From an uncultured Hormoscilla sp. (lineage in GTDB: Bacteria > Cyanobacteriota > Cyanobacteriia > Cyanobacteriales > Desertifilaceae): DNA of 64,000 bases. The notes below the pieces were generated by a model. That model worked only from the letters and a program-made list of their open reading frames with translations, did no database searches and had not been told where the DNA came from. Shown here one piece after another: positions 21,312 through 33,270 of this stretch. The first letter of the stretch is position 1; every line of letters starts with the position of its first letter. The position numbers and the translations under genes were made by a program. The DNA is taken from positions 5,632,001 through 5,696,000 of the forward strand of contig OZ001293.3 of assembly GCA_963921275.4 (NCBI GenBank). The letters are read 5' to 3'.

Positions 21312-21551
21312 TGCAACCTTATTGCTCGCAGGGTGTAACCTTACTGCTCGCAGGGTGTAACCTTACTGCTCGCACACTGTAACCTTACTGCTCGCAGGGT
21401 GTAACCTTACTGCTCGCACACTGTAACCTTATTGCTCGCACACTGTAACCTTATTGCTCGCACACTGTAACCTTATTGCTCGCAGGGTGTAACCTTACTG
21501 CTCGCACACTGTAACCTTATTGCTCGCACACTGTAACCTTATTGCTCGCAC
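21312..21551. repeat. 22-bp tandem repeat, 11 units
   Basis: GTAACCTTAYTGCTCGCA(GGG/CAC)T at 21313, 21335, ... 21533. No spacers. Confidence 0.95.
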
Positions 21552-21792
21552 GCAGGAGCCGCGTTTAATGAGTCGGAACCGGTGAGCGATCGCCCCATTT
21601 TTTTGTTACCAGGGACCGGTGAAGGAGGCTCTCCCCTCCAGGGGACGAGGCTGAGCCTTTGGAGGCCCGTTACCAGGCGGGAGCCTGGTAACTAGGGGGG
21701 GACCGGTGAGCGCGGGGGGGACCGGTGAGCGCGGGAAAGGAGGGAAAAAAATTTTTTGCGGTTTTGCATAGAAGCTGAGGTGACCTGCAAAT

Positions 21793-24178
21793 ATTAAACT
21801 AAGCCAGGGAGTCACCTCTCCGAGGAGTCTTCAAAACCGGACGATCTGCTTTTCACCTCATCCGGCTCCTCAGTAATGCCATTCTTGTCACGGGTACGGC
21901 TACTGCCATCGCTGGCAGTCTTTGTGTCGTGGCAATGTTTATGCAACAGTTGTAGGTTGTCCCACCGGTCTTTGCCACCTAATGAAAGTGGTTTGATGTG
22001 GTCTACTTCCCACTTGTCGCTGTCCTTAAACGTCAATTCGCAGTGTTGGCATTTCCCTTTTTGCCTCTTGAGTAGCTTGGCTACTCTATTACTTATCTCT
22101 GGGTTTTTGCCTAGTCTTGTGCTCCAGTAGGTGAGGTTCCCGTCGTATGGGCTGGTTGTCCCTTTTACTTTGGTGTGTCGAACTATCTCTACACTTGCGT
22201 GCTTTAACAGTTGGATTTCTTTATTCTTGTCAGTCTGACACCGGAATCGCCACTGTTCATCCTGGTCTGCTGACCAGTATTTCTTGGCTATCCATTGTCT
22301 TGATTTATTGGGATGTCTTCTCTTAGCCCATTGCCACAGAATGTCCCATAGGTAGGTGTCCATGTCGCTGTAAGTTTCTTTACTTACTCCCGTCCTGAAG
22401 TAGTTTGACCATCCCCGTATTATTAGGTTTAGCCTGCTTATTAGGGCTTCTTGGGGTGCGGCGGCTGGTTACCACTTCTGCTAATCTCTCTTTATGCTTC
22501 CCTATGGACTTTTTACTGGGTTTGATAAGGGTTTTGAAACCTAGGGTTTTTCCGTTACATCTGCCACTTCTGTTCTTACTTACCTCGTATTGCCTTACAT
22601 TGAATCCTAGGAAATCAAATCCCGGGTTTTCTCCGTTCAGCGTATGAGATACTTTTGTTTTTTCGGGCTTTAGTTCTAGTCCTACCCCTTTTAGCCACTT
22701 CGCTATGACCGTTTGCGTTTCTTCTATCTTTTCTTTATTGTCATGCATTACCACAAAGTCATCTGCATATCTGACTACAGTCAGTTTTTTCTTTTCACTT
22801 TGTGTTTTTGCAAGCCCCATTATGGCCTCTTCTAACCCATGTAGGGCTATGTTAGCCAGTAACGGAGATATGACTCCTCCTTGTGGTGTACCCTCTTCGG
22901 TCGGATACCAGCTCCCTTTGTCTATCACCCCGGCTTTTAACCATGCCCGTATTTGCTTACGGATTGGTGATGTCGTATTCAGTTTTTCCATCAACGCTTT
23001 ATGGTCAATCTTATCGAAGCACTTCGCTATGTCAGCATCTAGTACCCATTTGGGTTTTTGGCGGATACTGATGAATATTGCTTCGATTGCGTCATGACAT
23101 CCCCTTCCCGGTCTGAAGCCATATGAGTTACCTTCAAAATACGCTTCCCATTCGGGCTCTAGTGCAATTTTCAGTAACCCTTGTGTCGAACGGTCGTACA
23201 TCGTTGGTATTCCTAGAGGACGCTTTTCGTCTCTTCCTGGCTTTGGTATCCATACACGACGTGCAGGTTTGGCCTTATTTGAGATATCTATTTGTCCTGC
23301 CAGTTCTAGACGCTGCTCTGGGGTTAACAATTTTACGCCATCCACACCGGCAGTTTTCTTTCCCTGGTTATCTTGTGTTACCTGTCGTACCGCTAGACTT
23401 TTGGCTGCCCGGGATTTTACCAGTAACCTCTGGAGTCTGCGAACTGTCCGCTTGTCGCCACGTTGTGCCGCTCTGTAAATTCGCTTTTGCAACTTGAAGA
23501 CTACTCGCTCCAGCTTACGCCAGGGGCTGTCCTTCCATTCATTCATCGATGTACTCATCGTGCTCATGACGTATACATTGCTACTTGCAACTTCACATTT
23601 TGACATTACCGTGAGGGCGTCAGCGTATCCTATCCATTACAGATAGGCGTTTGCTTCTCCTCTCAATCTTTCCCAGGCATGACCTGCCGTATGAGAGCAG
23701 ATGTTGCGCCATTGGTGGCTACTCTACCTATCGACCGGTGGTAGAGAGTACATGCCTGGTTTACTTCGTTCCTATAGACGATTGGTTGTAGTTTTAGATG
23801 GGTTCTTATATGCCGGGTTTGTTGCCGGTGCTTATTGGTCGGTCACTCATCCGCCAATGGCCATTATCCTTTCCCTTTTGGGCCAGCGTGTTCAGCCTGA
23901 TTACGCTGGTTCGTCATGACGACACTTATGAACCTTCGCTTGCACTCACCATAACTACTTGTTCGGCGATGACTGGCTTAGGCTGCTAGTCAGGGCGCCT
24001 TTCCTTCCCGCTTTACGGATTGATGCCATCGCTACCGTCGGGAGGGCACTGTCACGAGAGCACCTGGAGGGGTGGACTTTCACCACCATCATCTATAAGT
24101 TGTCAGGGCTAATGGAACCCTGCTAGTGGTCCCCCTTCTTGACCGGTGTCAAGTCGGTTTACACTAAACGAATCGCAC
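21793..24178 (-). mobile_element. Group II intron 1 (RT-encoding lineage, degenerate)
   Basis: 5' GTGCGATTCGTTTAG at 24178 and 3' GGCTTAGTTTAAT at 21793. Domain V GAGCCGGATGAGGTGAAA has a mutated 3' arm. Colinear with the introns at 40211 and 57045. Confidence 0.93.
21812..23606 (-). pseudogene. Group II intron RT/maturase/HNH, frameshifted near 22465
   Basis: PQGGVISPLLANI and YADD in 22380-23606. Maturase and HNH (WEVDHIKP...NLQLLHKHCH) in 21812-22363. Confidence 0.92.
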
Positions 24179-24226
24179 AAGTGACTAGATGCCGAGAGGA
24201 GAAGCACTGTGAATGCATAAGACACA

Positions 24227-24930
24227 ATGGAATGACCAGTTATGGCTGTTCAGCAGCTTATGAGTGGAAGAGGAGGACCGTAGATGGATGCATCTGACAC
24301 ATTGGAACAGCGAGTTCTGGAGATTCAAAAGCTTCCTCGTGGGAGCAATAAGCGTCGCCGAAAGTCGGCTAATTTACGACATTCAGAAATCAGACAAGCT
24401 ATTCTGTCAGGGGAGATTTAATTATCCCAAGGAGGTATTCGACGAGGCACTTTGGGAAACTTTGCCGGAAATTAGTAAGAAGATTGACCAGTACGATCCG
24501 ACTAAGGCGAAGGTGATGACTTGGGTTAATCGCATTTTAGAGTTTAAGTTCAAGGATGGGATTAAGAAATACAACAAGAGGCGAAAATAGAGCCAAAATA
24601 AACTGTCTTGGTATGCTCCTATCAACAACGATTCTAGCACTACATTGGGAGATATTATCCCTGCACATGAAGGCAAATCTTTTGTTTGCGAGCGCGTCTG
24701 AGACTATATTTACAACGATCCTGAAGATCTGTTTGCAACACATTAAGGGTCATCCCCGGGCGAACTATCGGTCGATCGCCCTCTTAGTCCTGGAGGGTTA
24801 CTCCTGGAAAAAGGTAATTTTAGCGGTGGGGATGCCCGAGTAAAAATGGTCTACAGTCCATATTTTTTACTGGCGATAATGCCAGAAGTTCGCTCCCAAG
24901 TTTCGGGAATATTTGCAGAATATGGAGGAC
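24227..24930 (+). pseudogene. Sigma-70-like factor relic of a sigma/DUF1822/CHAT module
   Basis: EALWETLPEISKKIDQYDP...VMTWVNRIL and HIKGHPRANYRSIAL fragments lie in different frames upstream of DUF1822. Confidence 0.55.
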
Positions 24931-24936
24931 GAGTAA

Positions 24937-25613
24937 TGAGTTGTCTAACAACTGAACCTTTGACTTTCACGGTTCCTATTACCAGGGATGTTTATCACCA
25001 GGCGGAGAACTTTAGTCGGGAACAAAAGCACCCTGAAAAAGCCCGATAGGTATATCTGAATACTTTGGCTGTTTCTGCTGTGGAGTTCTACTGTAAATGT
25101 ATGGAAGTGGAAACTGATTTGCAGGAAAGTGATAGCTGGAATCTTTCTTCACGCACTCTGATGGATGTGGTGGTAAAGTTACTACAATGGTTGGATGGAG
25201 TTTTTGAGGAGGGTTGGCAAGCAGTTGAGGAATTATGGGCACCCAGAAGTCAGCTAGGTTATGCTAGAAGTGCGAGTGGCTTCACGGTCAAACGGGCTAA
25301 AGTTATTGACTTGGGGTTACTCCTCAATGGCGAAACTGTGGCTTTAGTGGTAAATCTCCAGCATGAAGCTAATAATGAAGTTGGTATCCTGGTACAAGTT
25401 CAGCCTATGGGCGATCGACAACATCTGCCACCCGGTCTGAAGCTACAGGTTAATCTTGAGTCAGACAGTGCGGAAGTTGAGGCGAGGGAGGCTGACAAGT
25501 ACATTCAATTGGAATTTAGTCAGCGACCTGGGAGAAGGTTTAATGTTCAGATTTCCCTGGGAGATGGCATAATTACTGAAGAGTTTGCTGTTGAAGCCGC
25601 TAGGGCTGCTTAA
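24937..25613 (+). pseudogene. DUF1822 family protein with internal stop and deletion
   Basis: TAG at about 25047 followed by YLNTLAVSAV. Also LLQWLDGVFEEGWQ, KRAKVIDLG, HLPPGLKL, EAREADKYIQL. Confidence 0.8.
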
Positions 25614-25811
25614 TACCATTTTGGGAATAATGCTACAATTTTGGGGTGCATCTCATATTTGCGTCGCCGCCCCGCCCGAACCCTAAAGGGTCCGGCTACA
25701 CGAACAAAGCCCGCGCAAGCGGGCTAGATGAAAAAAGTGACATACACCCCAATTTTGAAGCATTATTATCTTAGTCGGTTTGAACCGACTTGAGCTAAAA
25801 GCCTTTGGGTT

Positions 25812-25918
25812 TGAACCCTCCGTGTCTCGTGGGTAGTGCGAGTACGATATCTCGTGGGTAGTGCGACGCAGGATCGCTCCCACGAGACATCGAGCGACCA
25901 CGAGACACGGAAGGCGGG
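25812..25918. mobile_element. Nested hairpin mini-element
   Basis: CCGTGTCTCGTGGGTAGTGCGAGTA ... CCACGAGACACGG. Same shell as 12018-12176 with a different inner unit. Confidence 0.8.
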
Positions 25919-26169
25919 CTAACAGCGAAGAGAGATAATTTTCGCGGAAGAAGTGCAGCAATATTTTCTACAAATGGTATAACAGATAATGGTTTCAGCT
26001 TTCCCGATACACCGGCGAAGGTTCAAAACCTCTGGCGGTGGCGGGATGGCAGGATGGCGGGATAATTGACAATGAGGCAAGATGAAAATTGATGTAAGAT
26101 TGATGTAAGATGTAAAATGAGGCAAGATGTAAAGTTGAACCGCTGGCGTGGCATCGGGCAAGGGTGAGG

Positions 26170-27416
26170 ATGGCAATGGAGAAACTGGCGATCTTGAAGC
26201 TGGGAAATGGTGATTTTGATGGCAGGTTCCTAGTGGCCATCGAAATTCATCAGTTGGGAAAAAATGGACAGCATGAAATCCATAAATTAGATGGCCAGTT
26301 ACCCCCATGCCCAAAATTGACTGGCCTTTATCAGAATTGGCAGAAACAATATAGAGGTTTGCTTCATTCTGCTAGGGAAGGCTTCAAAAAAGCTCAAGTC
26401 ACTCAGGTTTCGGTTACGGAATGCGAAGATTTCTTCTTACGCGCCAGTCTCAACCGGTGGCTTGACTCGGAGGAATTTCGCTCGACCAAGAAACTGTTAG
26501 AAGAATCTCTCAGTCAGGAACCGCCGCCGGAAATTAGTTTCGTTATCCAAACGGATGCGATCGCCTCAGATGCCACCAAGGACATCTTACACCGACTGCC
26601 CTGGCATGGGCGGGATTTGTTTCCGAAAAACTGGCAAGTGGAAACAGCTATCAGTTTCCGGGATGGGGAAGCGAGTTTTCAAGATTCCCACAGTTCGCCT
26701 GAATCAGGTAGAATAAGAGATGTCAAAATCTTAGGCATCCTGGGGGATAGTGGGGGCATCGATGTTAAGGCTGACGAACAAGTAATTAGCCAGTTACCAG
26801 TCGCCTCTGTTTCTGAGCCAGCCAAAACGAGCAGATTTTGCCCGACTCAGATCATAGCGAGACTGAAGGGGACGGTCAAACTGGCTTGCTCGATATTAAT
26901 CCCGACGATCGGCTGAACATTGAGGAAATCAGAAGGACTCTCACAGTAGCTTGGGAGCGGGGTTTGAAGTTAGCAATTTTCAACTCCTGTGATGGGCTAG
27001 GCTTGGCGCGGCAACTAGCGGACTTAAACATCCCCCAGATCGTTGTTTGGCGGGAACCAGTGCCAGATTTAGTGGCGCAAAAGTTTCTGAAATATTTTCT
27101 GACATCCTTTGCTGGGGGTAATTCTCTATATAGGGACAAGTTACGAGAACTCGAACCTGAGATTGAGGAGCAACTACCGAGGGTAACTGCATTGCCTGTC
27201 ATTTGTCAAAATCTGGCGGACGAACCTGTCACTTGGAAGAAGTTGAGAGAATGCAGTGGTGACAGCACCAGTAGTGATGACCCGAAGCCAGTGAATTGGC
27301 TCAATCAGATGATCGTGTCTGTTGGGATAAAAATTATCTTGTTAGGGATGACGATGACAATGGTAGGAATTACCTTATCATTTACAATGAATATCAACAT
27401 CATCTCAATCAAATAA
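26170..27416 (+). pseudogene. CHAT domain protein, frameshifted/deleted
   Basis: KLAILKLGNGDF, LHRLPWH and ILGILGDSGGID, then GLKLAIFNSCDGLGLARQL and LPVICQN in a second frame. Confidence 0.82.
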
Positions 27417-27503
27417 TTATATACTGGTAGACAAGGGACTGACAGTTTGCCCCCAACTACTAGCCATCGGTCAAACTAGGTTCTTTTTGAGGGATACGAG
27501 TTT

Positions 27504-27887
27504 TTGCAGAATCGAGATTATGACAGGGCTGAAGAAAAATTCAACCAGGCGAGAATGCGGGAACCTAAATCCCCAGACCCTTGGTACTGGAAAGCTCAAC
27601 TGGCTCTCGCAAGAGAAAACAAACCCGTCGCACTAAAATATACTGATAAAGCTTTGAAGCTGGAACCAAATCATTTGCATAGTTTGGTGCTAAAAATTAA
27701 ACTTATGTTATTGAATGGCGGTCATGACTTAGTCAATGCTTTAGCAATAGCAACCAAGAGTCACAGGAGATCAGAGGAACTAGATTCATGGTTGAATTGT
27801 TTGGAGAGAGAAAAAGTTTTTTTGTCTTCGTTGAATACAGATTCGGAATTAGATGCAAAATGTCCCCTTCCCATCTACAAATGGTAA
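27504..27887 (+). CDS. TPR-containing protein (fragment)
   Basis: YDRAEEKFNQA...PDPWYWKA...ALKLEPNH. Confidence 0.6.
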   Translation: MQNRDYDRAEEKFNQARMREPKSPDPWYWKAQLALARENKPVALKYTDKALKLEPNHLHSLVLKIKLMLLNGGHDLVNALAIATKSHRRSEELDSWLNCLEREKVFLSSLNTDSELDAKCPLPIYKW

Positions 27888-27905
27888 ATAATTGAGGAAT
27901 GTACC

Positions 27906-28935
27906 ATGAGTGCCAAGAAAATGATTCGTCGTTTATTATTGAGTGTTTCGATTTTATCAGCAGGACTAGGAATAATTTATTTATTATTATCGTCCATGTG
28001 GCTGTATAGACTAAGCTCTCCCCCAGTGGGCCGCCAAGCACCCCCAGTAAAGCAAAGACGCCCAGCACACCCTACCTCAGCATCCCCTCATGATTTACCC
28101 CTAACCAACAAAACTCAGCCATTGCCCCATGATGGCTTATTTATCAGAAGAAAAAATGAGTTCGGCACGAAACTTGATGTAGGAATCAAAGACTTGATTG
28201 ACCAAGGGGTCTTGATCGATCAAACTCTCATTCGCTTCGATGACTTTATAGTATCAAATAGCGATCGCGTGCCCCTGCCTCAATCAGGTCAATCTCTTGC
28301 GGTCAGCTATGGCATAGCACCAATTCCCCTGAGCCAAAAGCGCGACGATCGAGCTACCCATTATTTAGAGATTGCCTTAAGAGCATCGGATGTAGCTCCC
28401 GCAGGACATAGCAAAACTAAAGCCCCACCAGTTAATTACATTTTTGTGATTGATACCAATGGGTCGATGTCAGGAGAAAAATTAGACACCGTCAAAGCCG
28501 CAATTCGAGAGCTATTTAAGAGAATGAGGAAAAACGATGTTCTGGGGATTGTCGAATTTAATAACCAGCCGAGAACCCTGTTAAAGGCGACCCCTGTGGG
28601 AAAAATTTCCCGCAAAGAATTCAGCCGAATCATCAGTAATATCACCGCCGATGGCGGGACGGACCTCAACATCGGTCTATCATATGGCATCGATGAGATC
28701 GGTCGTTATGAAAGTGACGCCTCTTTGAATCACATCTTTTTGTTTTCAGATGGCCAGCCCACTTCAGGAGAAAGAGACTGGATTAAAATTCGGCAAAACG
28801 TGGATAAGAAAACGCGGGGAGATATCCGCTTATCAACATTTGCCTTCGGTGCAGATGCCAATACCAGGGAACTGGATGCCTTAGCCAGTCTAACGGGAGA
28901 AAAATTCAGTTTTATCGCAGACCCCACAGACACCG
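27906..28935 (+). pseudogene. von Willebrand factor type A domain protein, 3'-truncated
   Basis: FVIDTNGSMSGEKL MIDAS-like motif, GGTD, LFSDGQPTSG. The sequence switches to Uma2-derived DNA at about 28935. Confidence 0.8.
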
Positions 28936-29203
28936 GTTCGATATGTCGGGGGAGTCGTTACAACTGTACTGTCCGAATGGGGAAGCATTTGCGACCTATT
29001 GGGAGATAAAAAAACAACTCAAACAGACACAGCAGGAGCGAGAATGGGAGCGCAAGCAAAAGGAACTTGCTCTACAACAAGTTCAGCAGACACAGCAGGA
29101 GCTAGAATTAGAGCGTCAGGAAAAGGAACTTGCTCTACAAGAAGTTCAGCGTTTAAAAGAGTTGCTGCTTGCAGCTCGTATTGACCCGGATACAATTAAT
29201 TGA
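28935..29203 (+). pseudogene. Uma2/DUF820 C-terminal fragment
   Basis: RFDMSGESLQLY...coiled coil...LLAARIDPD, homologous to 33770-33977. Confidence 0.8.
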
Positions 29204-29377
29204 ACTCGGGAAAATGCTCCCGGAAGATGATGCTGTAGGGGCGGTTTCAAGGCGGCACTAAGTGCCGCCCTGGTCCTCCGGGGGACAGAACCGCCCGATC
29301 GCACCCGTACCAGAAAGCCCTATCGCTGCTAAAATGGAATCGGAAAGGCGATCGCAATTTGGGCGATCGGTCCGACG

Positions 29378-29930
29378 ATGGAAGAACAGCAGCAAGATAA
29401 ACAGTCGTTGGAGGAGGTAACAGTAGTGGAAATGCAAGGAACAAAAGCCGGAGAAATAATCTATCCCGAAAGCGATGGAAAACCAATAGCAGATAATACG
29501 GTCCAGTTCCGCTGGATAACGAAGATATATTCTAATCTGGAGTCGCTATTTGCTGACAATCCCAACGTATTTATAGCCGGGGACTTGTTATGGTATCCAG
29601 TAGAAGGGGATAATCCAGATGGATGGTTGGGTAAGCCCCCGGTTGCATATTCGGTTCGATATGTCGGGAGAGTCGTTACAACTGTACCGTCCGAATGGGA
29701 AAGCATTTGCGACTTATTTGGAAATCAGCAAACAACTAGAACAGACACAGAAGGAACTAGAATTGGTGCGTCAGAAAAAGGAACTCGATCGAAAGCTAGA
29801 ATTGGCGCATCAGGAAAAGCAAAGGTTAAAAGAGTTGCTCCTAGCGGCTGGAATTAACCCAGATAAATTGATTGAACTGGGGAAAATGCTCCCGGAAGAT
29901 GAGCGCCAAGCCCGATCGCTGATAAAATGA
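29378..29930 (+). pseudogene. Uma2/DUF820 endonuclease with internal deletion
   Basis: IIYPESDGKPIADNTVQF...GDLLWYPVEG jumps directly to the DGWVSPRL region in another frame. Confidence 0.82.
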
Positions 29931-30238
29931 AATAAATAATCTGTAGGAGATCCCAGATGAGAGCGATCTTGCGCAACAGGAATTATTAACGATCTCGGAC
30001 TTATATCTCTAGACAAACCCCTAGAGATAACTCCTCCAAACAGCAGAGGATCCTGACGATGAAAGCATAGAGTCGGTAAAAGTTCCTCTGCGCCGGTCCT
30101 TAGCAGAAGCTAAAGAGGGAAAACGCTTACCCATTGCTCAATTGTGGTGGGGAATTGATGCAAAATGAACCGCCTTCTCGACTAAATCTGTAGCAGGAGT
30201 AGGCCCGATAGTCTATGACAGGACAGGAGGGCGATCTC

Positions 30239-30760
30239 TTTATCTTTCCTATTGAAACATTTCCTGAATTACTTTCATTGTCAAAAATAGTCTATTAGGG
30301 CGAGCGGGAAAACCCATAAAATGATAATGTTCGTAGAAAGATACAGCGCCTTCATCCTTAGCATCCACCACTACAGCCATAGAAGCAATTTCATTATTCA
30401 AGCTGCGTTGCAGTGCATTGATGAGTAAAAAATATCCCCAACCTTGTTTTTGGTAATCTCGATCGACTGCTAATCTACTAAGCAGAGTAGCTGGTAATAC
30501 TGGATATAAGGGAAGTTTTTTCGTAATAGACTCCGGTAATTATGTTAACTTAATACTCATTGCCGAAAGAGTATAATAGCCGATAATTTTCTGACGCTCT
30601 CGATCGAAAGCAACAAAGGGGCTAGCCACATATTTGCGTTTATCTTGGTTGGCTTACTATTGGAGATAGCGGTCCAACTGTTCCACGCCACAGGAAAATG
30701 CCCCTCGATCATGATGGGAACTCAGAAGTTCAACAATATAATCAACTGACTCTGGCGATC
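30239..30760 (-). pseudogene. GNAT acetyltransferase toxin relic
   Basis: Minus strand reads HDRGAFSCGVEQLDRYLQ**ANQDKRKY with stops. Later segments include IIGYYTLSA and VVVDAKDEGA. Confidence 0.7.
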
Positions 30761-31138
30761 GCATCTTACTCTCCCTTCAGGAGATATCTAAATGAGGCAA
30801 CGGCGTCAAGAGTTGAAAGCACAGTTACTCAAATGATGCTTAAGTCAGTGCCATTCGTTGTAGGGTGGGTTAGCGTTCGCGCGTAACCCACCGCACCCAT
30901 AGCGCGTAACCCACCGCGCCCGTCACCGGTTGTAGGCGATCGGGTTTGACGACAACGGTGGGTGACGGAAGGGGCCGTCGGTGGAGGGGCGATCGGGAAT
31001 TGATACGAACTGAACGGGATATCTCAATGATACTCTCGATCAATGGTCCTCCCGCTTGCTCGGCGCCCGACGCTCGTGCAAGAGCGCAATCATGAGTTAT
31101 AATGTGATTGCTCTCCCAACAGCAAGCAGGAGCAAAAC

Positions 31139-31798
31139 ATGTCCCAAATAGTAAGTACAACATTATCAGACAATACTGCAGAAAGACTGAAAAAACTAGC
31201 GCTGAGTTTGGGCAAAACTCCCGGCGAAACAAGTGCAATGCTGATTGAAGAGTCCCTGGGAGAAGCGGAGTTTACATATATTGAGTTTCGCGATCGCTCT
31301 ACCGGTGGTCGGCAAGCATACATGAAACCTACATTCCGCACGGACAAATGTTTGACGTAATGATTACAAACAGCTTGTGATTGTACGAACCGAAAAGTTC
31401 ATATCCGTATAAATAAATATACGTCCTGTTTCCTAAATTCTCAGAGCTAGTACTGATTACAAAAAGTAGTGCAATAGTAATCTAACCGATAAATTACGTA
31501 TTGCTTAGCATCTTACAACTTATAGTACACAAGTGAGATGAAAGGTTCTAACCTGGCAGTATGGCAAGTAATTATGCTTGCCCAGAACTACGATATGAAC
31601 TGTGAAAAAGTTGCCCAGCATTTAGTACGAACCTTAGAGTGGGTGCAGGCAGCTTTCAATTATGCTGAAACTTACCCAGAGAAAATTAATGAGGCGATCG
31701 CTTATTTTCAGGCGATCGACTACACAGCTATTCAGCAAATATTACCTCAAATTGAGCTGAAGACGGTTCGCAAAGAAATCTTCTCCAAAGAACAGTAA
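31139..31798 (+). pseudogene. DUF433-like antitoxin gene split by a 210-bp insertion
   Basis: Removing the insert joins IEFRDRSTGGRQAYMK to GSNLAVWQVIMLAQ in frame. Confidence 0.75.
31328..31537. mobile_element. 210-bp non-coding insertion with 6-bp target duplication (IS1634-like end)
   Basis: ATGAAA at 31322-31327 and 31538-31543. The insert begins CCTACATTCCGCAC. Confidence 0.75.
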
Positions 31799-32170
31799 TG
31801 CTTTCCTTTCTCCTTGACGAACAGATATCACCAGAAGTAGCCAAGCAAATCAAACGCAAGGGGGCTGAGATCCCGATATACAGTATTTATATGTGGCAAG
31901 AAGGAAGGTGCCTCGGTGTTCCCGGTGAAGTCATACTTCTGGCTGCAACCGAGGCAGGGCTTACACTTGTGAGTTACGATCTCAAGACAATACCTCCGAT
32001 TATACAAGTGGGGAGAAGCTGGTATATCCTACGGAGTAATCATTTTTGTTGATTATAAATCAATTCGGACAAGTAATTTCGGTGGATTAGTGCGATCGCT
32101 GATTTTGCTTTGGGATACGGAACAGGAAATGGACTGGAAAGATCAGATTTTCTACCTCCAACCTCAATTG
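31798..32170 (+). pseudogene. DUF5615/PIN-like toxin, frameshifted
   Basis: FLLDEQISPEVA...LTLVSYDLKTIPP, translationally coupled to the upstream gene. Confidence 0.65.
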
Positions 32171-32340
32171 TGACAAGACTGGAGAACAGAATCTGTAGTA
32201 TAATGCTATAACAAAAGAGTCTGTGGCGGATGATAGCTTCGTTGTTAGTATCGTGCGATCGCAATGCGCATCGCACGGCTCTAACATAACAGAAAATCGA
32301 CAACACAGGGTTAAACATGAGACTGTAGGGAAAAAATACT

Positions 32341-32634
32341 ATGCTTCTAACAATCGACATCCCGGATGACATCATCCCAGATGACATAACCCAGCAACTC
32401 CCGGAAACATCTGACAAATTGCGACATTACCTGCTGGAACTCCTAGTCATTGAAGCCTACCGCACGGAACGCATTACCCACTTTCAGGTGGGGCAAATCC
32501 TCAAACTGCCCTCTCGTTGGGCGGTTGACGAATTCCTCAAAACCCATGATGTTTACCTCCACTACAACGAAGAAGATTTGGAACGCGATCGCGCAACCCT
32601 GCGCCAGTTGAGAGCCAAGAATGCCACCAGATAA
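32341..32634 (+). CDS. UPF0175 family protein (antitoxin-like)
   Basis: ITHFQVGQILKLPSRWAVDEFLK...YNEEDLERD. Confidence 0.8.
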   Translation: MLLTIDIPDDIIPDDITQQLPETSDKLRHYLLELLVIEAYRTERITHFQVGQILKLPSRWAVDEFLKTHDVYLHYNEEDLERDRATLRQLRAKNATR

Positions 32635-32692
32635 TAAACAATCGTTATCTCCACATGCTGCGCTGTACTCAATTGTTATACCTGCTACATGA

Positions 32693-33175
32693 ATGATAGT
32701 TATCTCCGATACTTCTCCTATTCTCTATCTGCTACTGATTAACCATCTAGACTTACTGCCGCAACTGTATGGTCAAGTAATTATCCCCAAAATTGTAAGG
32801 GATGAACTCCGAGATCCGGGAGCCCCTGTCGAACTTCAGCAATGGATTGCAAATCCACCGGAATGGCTCCGCGTTCAGCCAGTCACCAGTACACCCAATG
32901 TAATTCTACATAATCTCAATCCAGGCGAACAAGCTGCTATCACCTTCGCCCAAGAATGCCAAGCTGACTTACTCATTATTGATGAACGAGCAGGACGACG
33001 CGCCGCAACAAACCTAGGAATTCCTATTATAGGTACACTAGGTATTTTAGATGAAGCGGCATTTCTTGGCTTGGTCAACTTCCCAGAGGCGATCGCCAGA
33101 CTCACAGCAACTAATTTCCGTGTCTCATCCCACTTAATTCAGACCGTCCTAGATCGGCATTCACAGGCTCCGTAA
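32693..33175 (+). CDS. DUF3368 PIN-like protein
   Basis: MIVISDTSP, LNPGEQAAI, LLIIDERAGR, IIGTLGIL. Confidence 0.88.
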   Translation: MIVISDTSPILYLLLINHLDLLPQLYGQVIIPKIVRDELRDPGAPVELQQWIANPPEWLRVQPVTSTPNVILHNLNPGEQAAITFAQECQADLLIIDERAGRRAATNLGIPIIGTLGILDEAAFLGLVNFPEAIARLTATNFRVSSHLIQTVLDRHSQAP

Positions 33176-33270
33176 TACCATGATTGTACCGGTAGCGCAT
33201 GTAGCCGTAGGGTGGGCGGTGCCCACCCTACATTACACGCATCAGGTGTATAATAAAAGATAAACAGGAG

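Noticed and set aside
21312..21551. Possible CRISPR array
   Set aside because: Units are contiguous with no unique spacers, and there are no cas genes. The same applies to 7104-7265.
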